This document shows, piece after piece, positions 50,191-59,330 of a stretch of 64,000 nucleotides of DNA (position 1 is its first letter; every line of letters begins with the position of its first letter). The DNA lies in NCBI GenBank assembly GCA_028717245.1, contig JAQUOD010000001.1, positions 309,324 to 373,323 of the forward strand, given 5' to 3'. Source of the stretch: Candidatus Omnitrophota bacterium. Lineage in GTDB: Bacteria; Omnitrophota; Gorgyraeia; Gygaellales; Profunditerraquicolaceae. Below the pieces are notes generated by a model. The model was not told the origin of the DNA and searched no databases. It worked only from the letters and a program-made list of their open reading frames with translations. The position numbers and the translations under genes are program-made.

Positions 50191-51095
50191 TTATTTAATA
50201 GGTATTTATGCGCGGAATCAGCGGCTTGCGCGCCTTCTGCGCAGGCGGTAATGACCTGATATAAACCTTTTTTACGGCAGTCTCCGCAGGCAAATACGCC
50301 CTCACAAGAAGCCTTCATGTCCTGGTCAGTCATTATAAAGCCGGCTTCGTCCATATTCAATTGATTTTTTAGGAAAATAGTATTCGGCTCTATGCCCACG
50401 AATATGAATACCCCCTGCGTAGAAAGTTCGCTCGTAGAACCTGTTTTAACATCTTTAAGCTTCACTGACTCTGCCTTATCCTTGCCTTTGATTTCTTCTA
50501 TAACGGTATCCAAAATAAAATTTATCTTAGGATTCTGCCGCGCCTTCTCTTCTAATATTTTTGATGCCCGCAGGGCCTGGCGGCGATGAATAACATTAAC
50601 TTTTTTGGCATAGCTGCTTAAAAAAAGCGCATCTTCTATAGCCCTGTCTCCCCCTCCGACGACTATGATATCTTTATCTCTGAATAATGGCCCGTCGCAG
50701 GTACCGCAATAAGAAACGCCCCGTCCGGTAAGCCTTTCTTCACCTGCTACACCCAGGCGCTTAGGTTTAGCTCCGCTGGCAATAACCACTGTCTTGGCCC
50801 GATATTCCTCCTCTCTACCGGATATTTTAGATTCGGGGCCAAAAATTATTTTCTGCGCTTCGTCGATTTTTATTTCCACATCTAATTCTTCAACTTGTTT
50901 CTGCATTGAAGAAATAAGCTTGTCGGTAATCACCCCCCCGGAGAAACCGGGAAAATTTTCAATAGTAGGAGTCAAAATAACTTGCCCTCCTAAACTCATC
51001 TTCTCCAAAAGCAGGGTCTTCATACGGAACCTGCCTGCATACAGGGCGCAAGTCAATCCTGCAGGCCCGCCTCCGATAATAATCAAATCATACAT
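50187..51095 (-). CDS. trxB: thioredoxin-disulfide reductase
   Basis: IIGGGPAG FAD motif; redox CGTCD-like CxxC (CGTCDG). Confidence 0.92.
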   Translation of the reverse strand: MYDLIIIGGGPAGLTCALYAGRFRMKTLLLEKMSLGGQVILTPTIENFPGFSGGVITDKLISSMQKQVEELDVEIKIDEAQKIIFGPESKISGREEEYRAKTVVIASGAKPKRLGVAGEERLTGRGVSYCGTCDGPLFRDKDIIVVGGGDRAIEDALFLSSYAKKVNVIHRRQALRASKILEEKARQNPKINFILDTVIEEIKGKDKAESVKLKDVKTGSTSELSTQGVFIFVGIEPNTIFLKNQLNMDEAGFIMTDQDMKASCEGVFACGDCRKKGLYQVITACAEGAQAADSAHKYLLNK

Positions 51096-51104
51096 AATTC
51101 AATT

Positions 51105-51210
51105 TCCAATTAGCCAATTGCCAAATCCCAATTAATTTCCAATTATTCAATTACCAATTGTAAAATCGGTCATTGGTAATTTATTTGACATTGGAAATTG
51201 GTAATTGGCC
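51105..51210. repeat. CCAATT/AATTGG palindromic element, copy 2; its right arm encodes the last 10 codons and the stop of lipA
   Basis: Near-identical to copy 1. The lipA frame reads through ATTGG repeats to TAA at 51181. Confidence 0.85.
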
Positions 51211-52137
51211 ATTATTGTGTAATAATGCTAGTTCGTTATAAATCTTCCCTGCCTGATAAGAACTGCGTACTTTCGGCCCGGATAATACTGCCTTAAATCC
51301 TAAATCAAGGCCGACCTCTTTATAACGCCTGAATTGCTCAATATTAATGAATTCCTGGACAGGATAGTGTTCTTTAGAAGGCGCCAGGTACTGGCCCAGC
51401 GTCAGAATATCGCATTGGCAATATCTTAAGTCCGCCATAGCCTCTATAATTTCTTCTTCAGTCTCGCCTAAACCCAGCATCAACGAGGACTTGGTGATTA
51501 AGGCACGATTTACACTCTTTATTCTGGCCAGTAATTCTAAAGAACGCAGATAACCTGCCTGCGGCCTTAATTGCGGGTACAACCTGGAGATGGTCTCCAG
51601 ATTATGCGCCAAGACAGCGGGCTTAGACATAATCACAGTTTTGAGGCTGTCAAAATGCCCTGAGAAATCCGGAATCAACGCCTCTATCTTGGTATTTTTA
51701 TTTATCCGGCGGATTAATCCTATTGTCCTGGCAAACTCTCCCGCGCCGCCATCGTTTAAGTCATCCCTGGTAACCGAAGTAATCACCACATAACTTAAAT
51801 CCAATAATTTAATTATCCGGCCGACCTTCCCTGGTTCGTTTTGGTCAATCGGTAAAGTTTTTTTGCTGGTTTTTGTTACGGCGCAGAACCTGCAATCCCT
51901 GGTGCAGGTATCCCCTAAAATCATAAAAGTAAATTCCAGGTTCTTAAAACAACGGCTAAGGTTAGGGCATCTGGCTTCCTGACATACGGTATGCACATTA
52001 AGCCCGGAAAACAAACGCATGCCAGCTTTGGCTTCGGCATCCGGTATATCCTGTCTAAACCACGCAGGCAATCTGTTTTTCACCCCGCTCTTCCTTGATA
52101 TATTTAATTCGTTTATTTTAGGAAGAGCAGGGTTCAT
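51181..52137 (-). CDS. lipA: lipoyl synthase
   Basis: CPNLSRC and CTRDCRFC Fe-S cluster motifs. Confidence 0.93.
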   Translation of the reverse strand: MNPALPKINELNISRKSGVKNRLPAWFRQDIPDAEAKAGMRLFSGLNVHTVCQEARCPNLSRCFKNLEFTFMILGDTCTRDCRFCAVTKTSKKTLPIDQNEPGKVGRIIKLLDLSYVVITSVTRDDLNDGGAGEFARTIGLIRRINKNTKIEALIPDFSGHFDSLKTVIMSKPAVLAHNLETISRLYPQLRPQAGYLRSLELLARIKSVNRALITKSSLMLGLGETEEEIIEAMADLRYCQCDILTLGQYLAPSKEHYPVQEFINIEQFRRYKEVGLDLGFKAVLSGPKVRSSYQAGKIYNELALLHNNGQLPISNVK

Positions 52138-52331
52138 TTATTTGTTCTGATAAAATTGGCGATGGAGCGGTCATAAGTTTTTTCTATATCGGCGGGGAAA
52201 AAACAGGCAGGTATCTGGCTGTTCTTACGATGATAAAGAACGCATTCGCAACAGACCCCTTTCCTGGAGCAAGGATCATAACTACAATTGCAATTAGCGA
52301 GATTCCTTTTTTGATTCGGGCAATCCTTCAT
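52134..52331 (-). CDS. small Cys-rich protein of unknown function (9 Cys in 65 aa)
   Basis: C-x8-C-x-C-x4-C-x5-CC-x-C pattern. Translationally coupled to def upstream and lipA downstream. Confidence 0.5.
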   Translation of the reverse strand: MKDCPNQKRNLANCNCSYDPCSRKGVCCECVLYHRKNSQIPACFFPADIEKTYDRSIANFIRTNK

Positions 52332-52830
52332 CTTTTGACCTCTTTTTGATTTGCGCTAATTTCCTCTTTATCTTTAACTTATCAAGTAACGAGGCGTAAT
52401 CGACAATAAGCTTGCCTTTTAAATGGTCTATCTCATGCTGAAAAACACAGGCCAATAAGTCTTCTGCTTCTATGCTCACATCCTTGGCGGATTCATCCTG
52501 CGCCTGGAGTAAAACTTTTTTAGCGCGCTTAACCTTTATACAAACACCGGGAATACTCAGACAACCCTCTTCCGTAATCTGCTGGCCCTCTTTTTTCACG
52601 ATTCTGGGATTAATCAATTTATAGAGGCCGCTGCCGATATCCACGACAATTATCGCTTCGTTAATGCCTACCTGGGGCGCTGCCAGGCCTACGCCTGAAT
52701 TAGCATACATTAACTGAACCATGCGGCTTAATATATCGCTATGGCTAGGCGTTATTTTCTTTACCAGACAGGACTTTTTCCTTAATCCGGGTTCACCCAA
52801 CAACCTAATCTCTAATGCGGTTTCTTTCAT
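52294..52830 (-). CDS. def: peptide deformylase
   Basis: [15 protein letters not shown] and HEIDHL motifs. Confidence 0.93.
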   Translation of the reverse strand: MKETALEIRLLGEPGLRKKSCLVKKITPSHSDILSRMVQLMYANSGVGLAAPQVGINEAIIVVDIGSGLYKLINPRIVKKEGQQITEEGCLSIPGVCIKVKRAKKVLLQAQDESAKDVSIEAEDLLACVFQHEIDHLKGKLIVDYASLLDKLKIKRKLAQIKKRSKDEGLPESKKESR

Positions 52831-53155
52831 TAACGGTAATTATCTTTGGTTTGATAGCCTTGGCATCCTTATCGTCAACTATGGCGTAAGAGACAATGAC
52901 GACCTCATCGCCTACGCATGAGCCCCGCGCGGCCGGGCCGTTAAGACAGATAACGCCGGAATCCCCCTTGCCTTTGATAGCGTAGGTCTCCAGGCGCTGG
53001 CCGTTATTCAGATTCAGCACTTCCACCTTTTCGCCCTCAATAATATCTGTTGCCTGCATCAGCCTTTCATCGATAGTGATGCTGCCTTCATAATAAAGAT
53101 TTGCTTCTGTAACATGCGCACGGTGTATCTTTGATTTTAAGAGTGTCCGTAACAT
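52805..53155 (-). CDS. panD: aspartate 1-decarboxylase
   Basis: [29 protein letters not shown]; Gly-Ser self-processing site. Confidence 0.92.
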   Translation of the reverse strand: MLRTLLKSKIHRAHVTEANLYYEGSITIDERLMQATDIIEGEKVEVLNLNNGQRLETYAIKGKGDSGVICLNGPAARGSCVGDEVVIVSYAIVDDKDAKAIKPKIITVNERNRIRD

Positions 53156-53176
53156 ATTTCTCTCCTCATTTCTTCT

Positions 53177-53767
53177 TTATTTTAATGCCTTAACTAATTC
53201 CTGCGCGAATTCAGCTACCGCAGTGGGTCCAGAAGCGGTAATAATATTTCCGTCTTTTTCTACTGCCCTTGCGGTATAATTTGCGCCTTTTGATTTAAGC
53301 TCGCCTGCCTCGGAAGAAAAAACCGTAGCGCGCCTGCCTTTTAAAATGCCTGCCCTGGCTAAAGTAACCGGGGCAATGCAAATCGCAGCTACAATTTTAT
53401 TCTGGGTAAGCGCCTCCTGGGCTAATTTGTGCGCCAACGGGTCATCGTAGTATTGAATGGCGCCTGAGCCGCCTACGAATATTATCGCGGAAAAATCCCC
53501 TATCTTTATGTCGGTAAGCAAAATATCAGGCCGGGCTTTTGCGCCCAACATGCCTTCTATCTGGTTAATGGTCGTAGAAGCAACTTTAACCTCTATGCCG
53601 TTTCTTTCCAGGATATTTTTAGTCTCTATGAGTTCCTCGTCTCTAAACTCAGTTGAAGGGATAATCATTACTACTTTTTTCATATCTACCGCCCTCTCTT
53701 GGGCATAACCCATTGCTAACAATCCATAATTCACAACTAATAATAAAGCTAATAAGGTTCTTTTCAC
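53177..53767 (-). CDS. DJ-1/PfpI family protein with signal peptide
   Basis: AICIAP nucleophile-elbow Cys; N-terminal signal sequence. Confidence 0.8.
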   Translation of the reverse strand: MKRTLLALLLVVNYGLLAMGYAQERAVDMKKVVMIIPSTEFRDEELIETKNILERNGIEVKVASTTINQIEGMLGAKARPDILLTDIKIGDFSAIIFVGGSGAIQYYDDPLAHKLAQEALTQNKIVAAICIAPVTLARAGILKGRRATVFSSEAGELKSKGANYTARAVEKDGNIITASGPTAVAEFAQELVKALK

Positions 53768-53771
53768 TCTA

Positions 53772-54827
53772 TTAACTTTTTATCAGCCGATAGGCCTGCC
53801 GGGCAATAAAGAGCTCTTCGTTGGTAGGAATAACCAGGATCTTTGGTTTCTTCTTAAGATACGAGAATAAACCCCGGGAAATTTCTCCCCTGATCCTTTT
53901 CTGATTTTCGCCGATACCTCCCGTAAACACCAGGGCATCGCAGCCGGACATAATAGCGGTGTAGGCCCCGATATATTTTTTGATCCGGTAGATAAAAATA
54001 TCAACGGCCAGCCTGGCGCGTTTATTTTGTTTTTTTGCCCTCTCTTCCAATATTCTCATATCATTGCTTATACCGGAGATGCCTTTGAGGCCGCTGGCTT
54101 TATTGAGAAGATCCTCCGCCTGAGAGATATTAAATTTTTCTTTGTGCATGATATAGGTGACCAGGGCCGGATCAATATCTCCGCAGCGCGTACCCATGAT
54201 TAAACCTTCTAAAGGAGTAAAACCCATACTGGTATCAATGGATCTACCCCTGTCTATTGCCGTAATACTGCAGCCATTGCCTAAATGACAGGTAATCATC
54301 TTTAATCGCGCAATCGGTTTTTTTAAACGCCTGGCTGCTTCATGGGCTACGTATTGGTGGCTGGTGCCATGAAAACCGTATTTTCTGATACCGAATCTTT
54401 TATAATATTCATAAGGCAGGCCGTAGATGTAAGCGTAGTCGGGTAACGTCTGATGAAAGGCAGTATCAAAAACGGCGACCTGTCTTATACCCGGTAATAA
54501 TTTCTTACAGGCCAGGATACCGGCTAAATTGGCAGGGTTGTGTAAAGGTGCTAATTCACAACACTCCTTTATCTCTTTGATTACCGCGGCATTGATTAAT
54601 ATTGGTTTTTTAAATTTTTCTGCTCCGTGCACCACACGATGCCCCACTAGGTCCACGTGCCTGACCTTTCCTAAAACCATCTTCAGGCCCGTATAATGGT
54701 CTTCTATTTTAGAGCCTTTTTCACCGATATGCTCAATTATGCCGTGCGTTGAATTCTTTTCGGTAGGCATATCAAACAGCTTATATTTTATGGAAGAACT
54801 GCCGCAGTTTATAACTAATATATTCAT
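53772..54827 (-). CDS. ackA: acetate kinase (short form)
   Basis: ILVINCGSSSIKY...HLGNG motifs. Confidence 0.85.
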   Translation of the reverse strand: MNILVINCGSSSIKYKLFDMPTEKNSTHGIIEHIGEKGSKIEDHYTGLKMVLGKVRHVDLVGHRVVHGAEKFKKPILINAAVIKEIKECCELAPLHNPANLAGILACKKLLPGIRQVAVFDTAFHQTLPDYAYIYGLPYEYYKRFGIRKYGFHGTSHQYVAHEAARRLKKPIARLKMITCHLGNGCSITAIDRGRSIDTSMGFTPLEGLIMGTRCGDIDPALVTYIMHKEKFNISQAEDLLNKASGLKGISGISNDMRILEERAKKQNKRARLAVDIFIYRIKKYIGAYTAIMSGCDALVFTGGIGENQKRIRGEISRGLFSYLKKKPKILVIPTNEELFIARQAYRLIKS

Positions 54828-54830
54828 ATT

Positions 54831-55760
54831 TTATTGTGCCCTGATTGCAGTCACTGCTACACAATCTACAATATCCTCGGCAGAACAACCGCGCGATAAA
54901 TCACTGCAGGGCTTATTCAAACCCACGATTAACGGCCCTATTGCGCGGGCCTTAGCCAGCCTCTCTACCAGTTTATAACCGATATTCCCCGCCTCTAAAT
55001 TAGGAAAGATCAAAACATTTGCCCGGCCCTTAAGCAGGCTGTCAGGGTATTTGATCTCTGCTACTTCCGGGACAATGGCAGCGTCTACCTGTAATTCTCC
55101 GTCAATAAGAAGGTCTGGCCGCATTTTCTTCGCCAGGGCTAATGCATCCAGTGTCTTATCTATAACCCTGCCCTTCGCAGACCCTTTAGTGGAATAACTC
55201 AAAAACGCCACTTTTGGAGTAACACCCAGCACCTGTTGTGCTAAACCGGCATTGGCAATGGCAATAGAGGCTAACTGCCTGGAATTAGGGTCAGGGACAA
55301 TACCGCAGTCCGCAAAAACAAATGCCCCTGCTTCCCCGTAAGGAGAATCCGGAACAACCATCAAAAAACAGCTGGAGGCGATATTTATCTCTTTTTCTAC
55401 CCCCAGGCAGTGTATCGCAGCCCTGGCCACATCCGGGGTAGTATGGCTTGCCCCGGCCACAAAACCGTCGATTTCTCCGTTATGCGCCATCATTGCGGCA
55501 TAATAAAGAGGGTCCTCTAAAGTTTTTTTCGCCTCTTCTAAGCTGATTCCTTTTATTTTACGCAATTCGTAATAACTTTTTGCGTATTCATCCTGCCTGG
55601 CCTTATCCAACATCCCCCTGCCGAATAATAAAACCTTAGCAAAACCTTCTTTTTCTATAATTCCTGCTGCTTCCTTGACCCGCTTGTCTTCGATTTCGGG
55701 CAAGGCGATAGTTTTTATTTTTAGTTTTGCGCGCGCCCTGATTTTATTAATAATATCCAT
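54831..55760 (-). CDS. pta: phosphate acetyltransferase (PTA_PTB catalytic domain only)
   Basis: 309 aa, PTA_PTB fold. Confidence 0.85.
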   Translation of the reverse strand: MDIINKIRARAKLKIKTIALPEIEDKRVKEAAGIIEKEGFAKVLLFGRGMLDKARQDEYAKSYYELRKIKGISLEEAKKTLEDPLYYAAMMAHNGEIDGFVAGASHTTPDVARAAIHCLGVEKEINIASSCFLMVVPDSPYGEAGAFVFADCGIVPDPNSRQLASIAIANAGLAQQVLGVTPKVAFLSYSTKGSAKGRVIDKTLDALALAKKMRPDLLIDGELQVDAAIVPEVAEIKYPDSLLKGRANVLIFPNLEAGNIGYKLVERLAKARAIGPLIVGLNKPCSDLSRGCSAEDIVDCVAVTAIRAQ

Positions 55761-55761
55761 A

Positions 55762-56853
55762 TTATAACCCCTTTGTAATCATGTCCAGGTCCACATAATC
55801 ATGAATTATTTTTTTTACTATCTCTATTTTCTCCCTGTCAGCCGGCCTGATCTTTACGGTCAGGTCATGCACTATTGCAGCTGCGGCATAGGTATCTGAC
55901 CTGGCTAATAATACGGGTATAGAGGCTGCCTTTGTCTGTTCTATAACCTCATCAGATGGCATCAAATCTCCGGTCAGGACTATCCCGGCAATCTTACAGC
56001 CTTTACCTGAAAGTTCCAGGGCAAGCTTAATCATGTCCTCCCGGTCTCCGGGAGTAATCATCAGGCTGTGTCCGGTAATATATTTTACGGCATCTTTTAC
56101 CTGCATTGCCCCGATTACCACCTTGGAGACATGGTTATCTAACGCCGTATCAGCGCATTCAAATAATAATTCATATTCCGTCTCTTCCAACAGCTGCCTG
56201 ACAGTAGGACAGGAAAGCACGGGGTTGTAGGGTACGACGCCTAATACCTTGATTCCCTTGCGGCGTAAGCCCTTTCTGATTAAATTATTTATCTTGCCGA
56301 ATTTTTCCGGTATAACCTTATTGACAATTACACCTAAAAGTTTTACGCCCTCCCGGTCAAAGAGCGCCTTATTCAAAATAATTTCGTCAATGGGCCTGCC
56401 GATGCCTCCGGAAGAAATCATAATGACTTTTGAACCGAGTAATTTTGCCACTACGGCATTGGAATGGTCAAAGACCGAACCTACTCCGGCATGGCCGGTA
56501 CCTTCGATAACTACCAGGTCTTCTTTTTTAGAAACGCGCTTAAAGGCATATTTAATTTGCCTGGTAATGTTTTTCCGTTCAGGGTTGGCAATATATTTTT
56601 CGGTAAAACCCTTTTCTACGGCTACCGGACTCATATCTTTCAACTTAGCCTTTATCCCGTATAACTTCAAGGATTCCTCAATCAATATAGAATCCTCGTC
56701 CACCTTTAAGCCGTCTTCCTCCAAATACCTCTGGCCTACCGGTTTAATAAATCCTATTTTCTTAAAATGCTTCTGTAAGTTGGATATCAACCCCAAGGCG
56801 ACGGTAGTCTTGCCGTCATTCTGTTTTGTAGCGGCGATAAATATCTTCTTCAT
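55762..56853 (-). CDS. Pta N-terminal-like AAA/DRTGG domain protein (split pta)
   Basis: KQNDGKTTVALGL P-loop-like region and DRTGG-type C-domain, encoded separately from the catalytic domain. Confidence 0.7.
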   Translation of the reverse strand: MKKIFIAATKQNDGKTTVALGLISNLQKHFKKIGFIKPVGQRYLEEDGLKVDEDSILIEESLKLYGIKAKLKDMSPVAVEKGFTEKYIANPERKNITRQIKYAFKRVSKKEDLVVIEGTGHAGVGSVFDHSNAVVAKLLGSKVIMISSGGIGRPIDEIILNKALFDREGVKLLGVIVNKVIPEKFGKINNLIRKGLRRKGIKVLGVVPYNPVLSCPTVRQLLEETEYELLFECADTALDNHVSKVVIGAMQVKDAVKYITGHSLMITPGDREDMIKLALELSGKGCKIAGIVLTGDLMPSDEVIEQTKAASIPVLLARSDTYAAAAIVHDLTVKIRPADREKIEIVKKIIHDYVDLDMITKGL

Positions 56854-56862
56854 CCTAGGGCC

Positions 56863-57186
56863 CTAAAGAAGGTTCTCTTCTATCCTCTTTTTTAATTCAG
56901 CCTTACTCAAAGCGCCGACAGCCTGGTCCATGACGCGGCCTTGTTTAAAAAACATCAGTGTAGGTATGGACATTACTCCATAATGGGTGGGAGTTTTGGG
57001 GTTTTCATCTATATTGATTTTGCCGATTTTTATCCTGTGGCCGTATTCCTTGGCCAGTTCCTCGATAAAAGGCGCGATCATCTTGCAGGGCCCGCACCAG
57101 GTGGCCCAAAAATCCACCAAAACCGTCAGGTCCGCTTCCAAAACTTCCTTCTTAAAATTAGTATCGGTTAAATGTAATAAGGCCAT
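56863..57186 (-). CDS. trxA: thioredoxin
   Basis: WCGPCK active site. Confidence 0.93.
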   Translation of the reverse strand: MALLHLTDTNFKKEVLEADLTVLVDFWATWCGPCKMIAPFIEELAKEYGHRIKIGKINIDENPKTPTHYGVMSIPTLMFFKQGRVMDQAVGALSKAELKKRIEENLL

Positions 57187-57302
57187 CTGGTAATAAAATT
57201 ATTAAATAGACGGAATGAATTTATAAAATATCACAAACAGTGGGAGAATGCAAGAGATTTTAGGCTTCCGCTAAAATCCGTAGATATATATAGCAGTTTA
57301 AC

Positions 57303-57675
57303 GGGTCCTGTCTTGGCTTGTTCTCGCAGCATCGCTCGAAATTCCCAGCGTGAATTTCTCGCTTCGTGAAACTTCTCGCTCTCGATACTAAGCAGGGGCG
57401 AAACGAACCTTGCCCGCTCGAACTTTCAAGATGCTGCTGAAAAACATGCCTCGTTACCCGCTAAAGATAAATATGCTAATTTACAAATGAATCTGGCAGT
57501 TTTCGAGCGAACGTTAGCATTTAGTGGGTGGCTTGGGTGTTTTCGACAGCATGTAGTTTGTGCGAACGGCCAGGGTTCACCCGCTACCACAAATATCAGT
57601 GAGAGTGAGCACAAACTCCAAGCGATCCGCCGTAGGCGGAGAGCGGTGCTGGAGAAAATACCCAAGACAGGACCC
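57303..57675. repeat. modular intergenic element, copy C, bounded by perfect 14-bp terminal inverted repeats GGGTCCTGTCTTGG / CCAAGACAGGACCC
   Basis: Shares with A/B the core TTACCCGCTAAAGATAAATATG...CAAATGAATCTGGCAGTTTTCGAGCGAA. Shares with A the AAGATGCTG.T..GAAAAACA module. Confidence 0.75.
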
Positions 57676-57683
57676 ACTACCTC

Positions 57684-59261
57684 TCAAGTTCCTTGACTCT
57701 CATGAATTTGGCGGGAGAAATAGCCACCGGTTAAGGCATCTATGGAGGCGGTGAGTTCCTGCAGTTTTAACTCCTTCTCAAACCTTTTCTTCCTGTCTTC
57801 TATACTAAGATTATCCATCTCCGCCTTAGTGCGGATACGCTCAAAATATAATTTGGTCACCTCATCTAAGATCTCATCGCGTAACTCTACCATTAACCGC
57901 GAACGCACATCAATGGAGGTCTGGTCGTCGTTCCAGATGAGTTCGCCTAAATCCCAGCTTAAAGTCACATCCCAACCTATGCCATCGTTGCCCTTACGCA
58001 GTATATCGTCTTCGGTCTTGGTGCTGGAACCTGTCTCCCAATGCCAGAGGTCAGTAATATTCCTATCCAGGCCTATGTTCACTTGAGGCAGAAACGCTCT
58101 CTTGGCTGCCTGTTTTCTCCAACGCATAATCTTCTGAGGTTCTACTTCAGCATACTTAATTGCCGCCTGCTGCACTTCATTAATCTTAGGTTCGCCCTGG
58201 CAATACAGGAAAAAGGTATTGCCACCCCCATTGTTACTAAAACCTGTTAAATTTGCCTTAAATAATCCTTTATCACAAGCCGCATAAAGATTATTCAGGT
58301 TATCTAAAACCAGAAACCTGATATCATCTGCTGGCAGGCTAAACGATAATTCCTGCCAACGCCCCATGCTATATTTAAATATACCGGATTTGGTAAGCGC
58401 GTAGATGTCGGATCTATCGGAAACTAATAAAAATTTTATACCTTGGCTCAACAGGCCGTAGTTAGAAACTGCATCCCAACTCTTACCTTTATCCTGGCTC
58501 TTATAAAGGCCTTTTGCGGTAGCCAGATAAAGATAATTTAAGTTATTAAGGTCGCAACTTATATGGCTTACTTGCGAAAAACGCTGCTCTTCATCCCGAT
58601 CCCCCTTCTCTTGCCCGTTATCGCTATCTCCATTTTCTACGGGCTTAGCTACAAAAACCCTCTCCCAGGATTGGCCTCCATCTTGCGTCTGGAAAACCCC
58701 GTCTACACAAGCCAGAGAAATATAGCCCGATTTTTTGGGATGAACGGCAATAGCGAGAATATTACTGTTAGCTAATGTGCCTGATGCCCTTTGCCAACTG
58801 CGGCCCTTATCTTTACTCACGAAAAACCCGGACCTGGTGCCTAAGTAAATGGCCTCGGATAAAACCGCGATGCTTGTGCAGTCACTTTCTAAATAGTTCT
58901 TACCCTGAAAAATCCTCCTCCAGCCCTGGCCTTGATTATGGCTATAGAAAAGGCCGTTGCCGGTTGCCGCATATAGATAATTTCTGTTCTGATGATCAAA
59001 TAAAAGGAAATTTACTGCCTTGTTTTGGCCTTTTGCCAAAAAGATATTCCTCCAACTCTCTCCTGCATCCTCTGTCTTAAATATCCCCTTATCAGAACCG
59101 ATATAGATAATGCGCGGATTTTTCGAATCGATTAAAACACACCTTAAATCCAGGATTTCCCTGCTTATGTTCTGCCAGATGAACTCATCAGCTAGGGATC
59201 TTGTCCTAAGGCCTAAAATAAATAAACCTGCAGCTGCCAGAATTACAATATATTTTTTCAT
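57684..59261 (-). CDS. secreted BNR/Asp-box repeat (beta-propeller-like) protein with C-terminal coiled-coil region
   Basis: Signal peptide MKKYIVILAAAGLFILG. Five or more S/T-x-D-x-G-x-S-W-like repeats (DAGESW, GQGW, KGRSW, DGGQSW, DKGKSW). Confidence 0.7.
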   Translation of the reverse strand: MKKYIVILAAAGLFILGLRTRSLADEFIWQNISREILDLRCVLIDSKNPRIIYIGSDKGIFKTEDAGESWRNIFLAKGQNKAVNFLLFDHQNRNYLYAATGNGLFYSHNQGQGWRRIFQGKNYLESDCTSIAVLSEAIYLGTRSGFFVSKDKGRSWQRASGTLANSNILAIAVHPKKSGYISLACVDGVFQTQDGGQSWERVFVAKPVENGDSDNGQEKGDRDEEQRFSQVSHISCDLNNLNYLYLATAKGLYKSQDKGKSWDAVSNYGLLSQGIKFLLVSDRSDIYALTKSGIFKYSMGRWQELSFSLPADDIRFLVLDNLNNLYAACDKGLFKANLTGFSNNGGGNTFFLYCQGEPKINEVQQAAIKYAEVEPQKIMRWRKQAAKRAFLPQVNIGLDRNITDLWHWETGSSTKTEDDILRKGNDGIGWDVTLSWDLGELIWNDDQTSIDVRSRLMVELRDEILDEVTKLYFERIRTKAEMDNLSIEDRKKRFEKELKLQELTASIDALTGGYFSRQIHESQGT

Positions 59262-59282
59262 TTTGCCCTCCTTTTATATTAA

Positions 59283-59309
59283 TAGACGCAGGAAGGCAGT
59301 AAATCTAAC
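59283..59309 (-). promoter_or_regulatory. conserved promoter-like motif GTTAGATT-N11-TGCGTCTATTA upstream of the BNR gene
   Basis: Near-identical bipartite motif also at 62276-62302. The CGTCTA resembles an ECF -10 element. Confidence 0.55.
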
Positions 59310-59330
59310 AGGATTTTTTTAACGGCGGGC

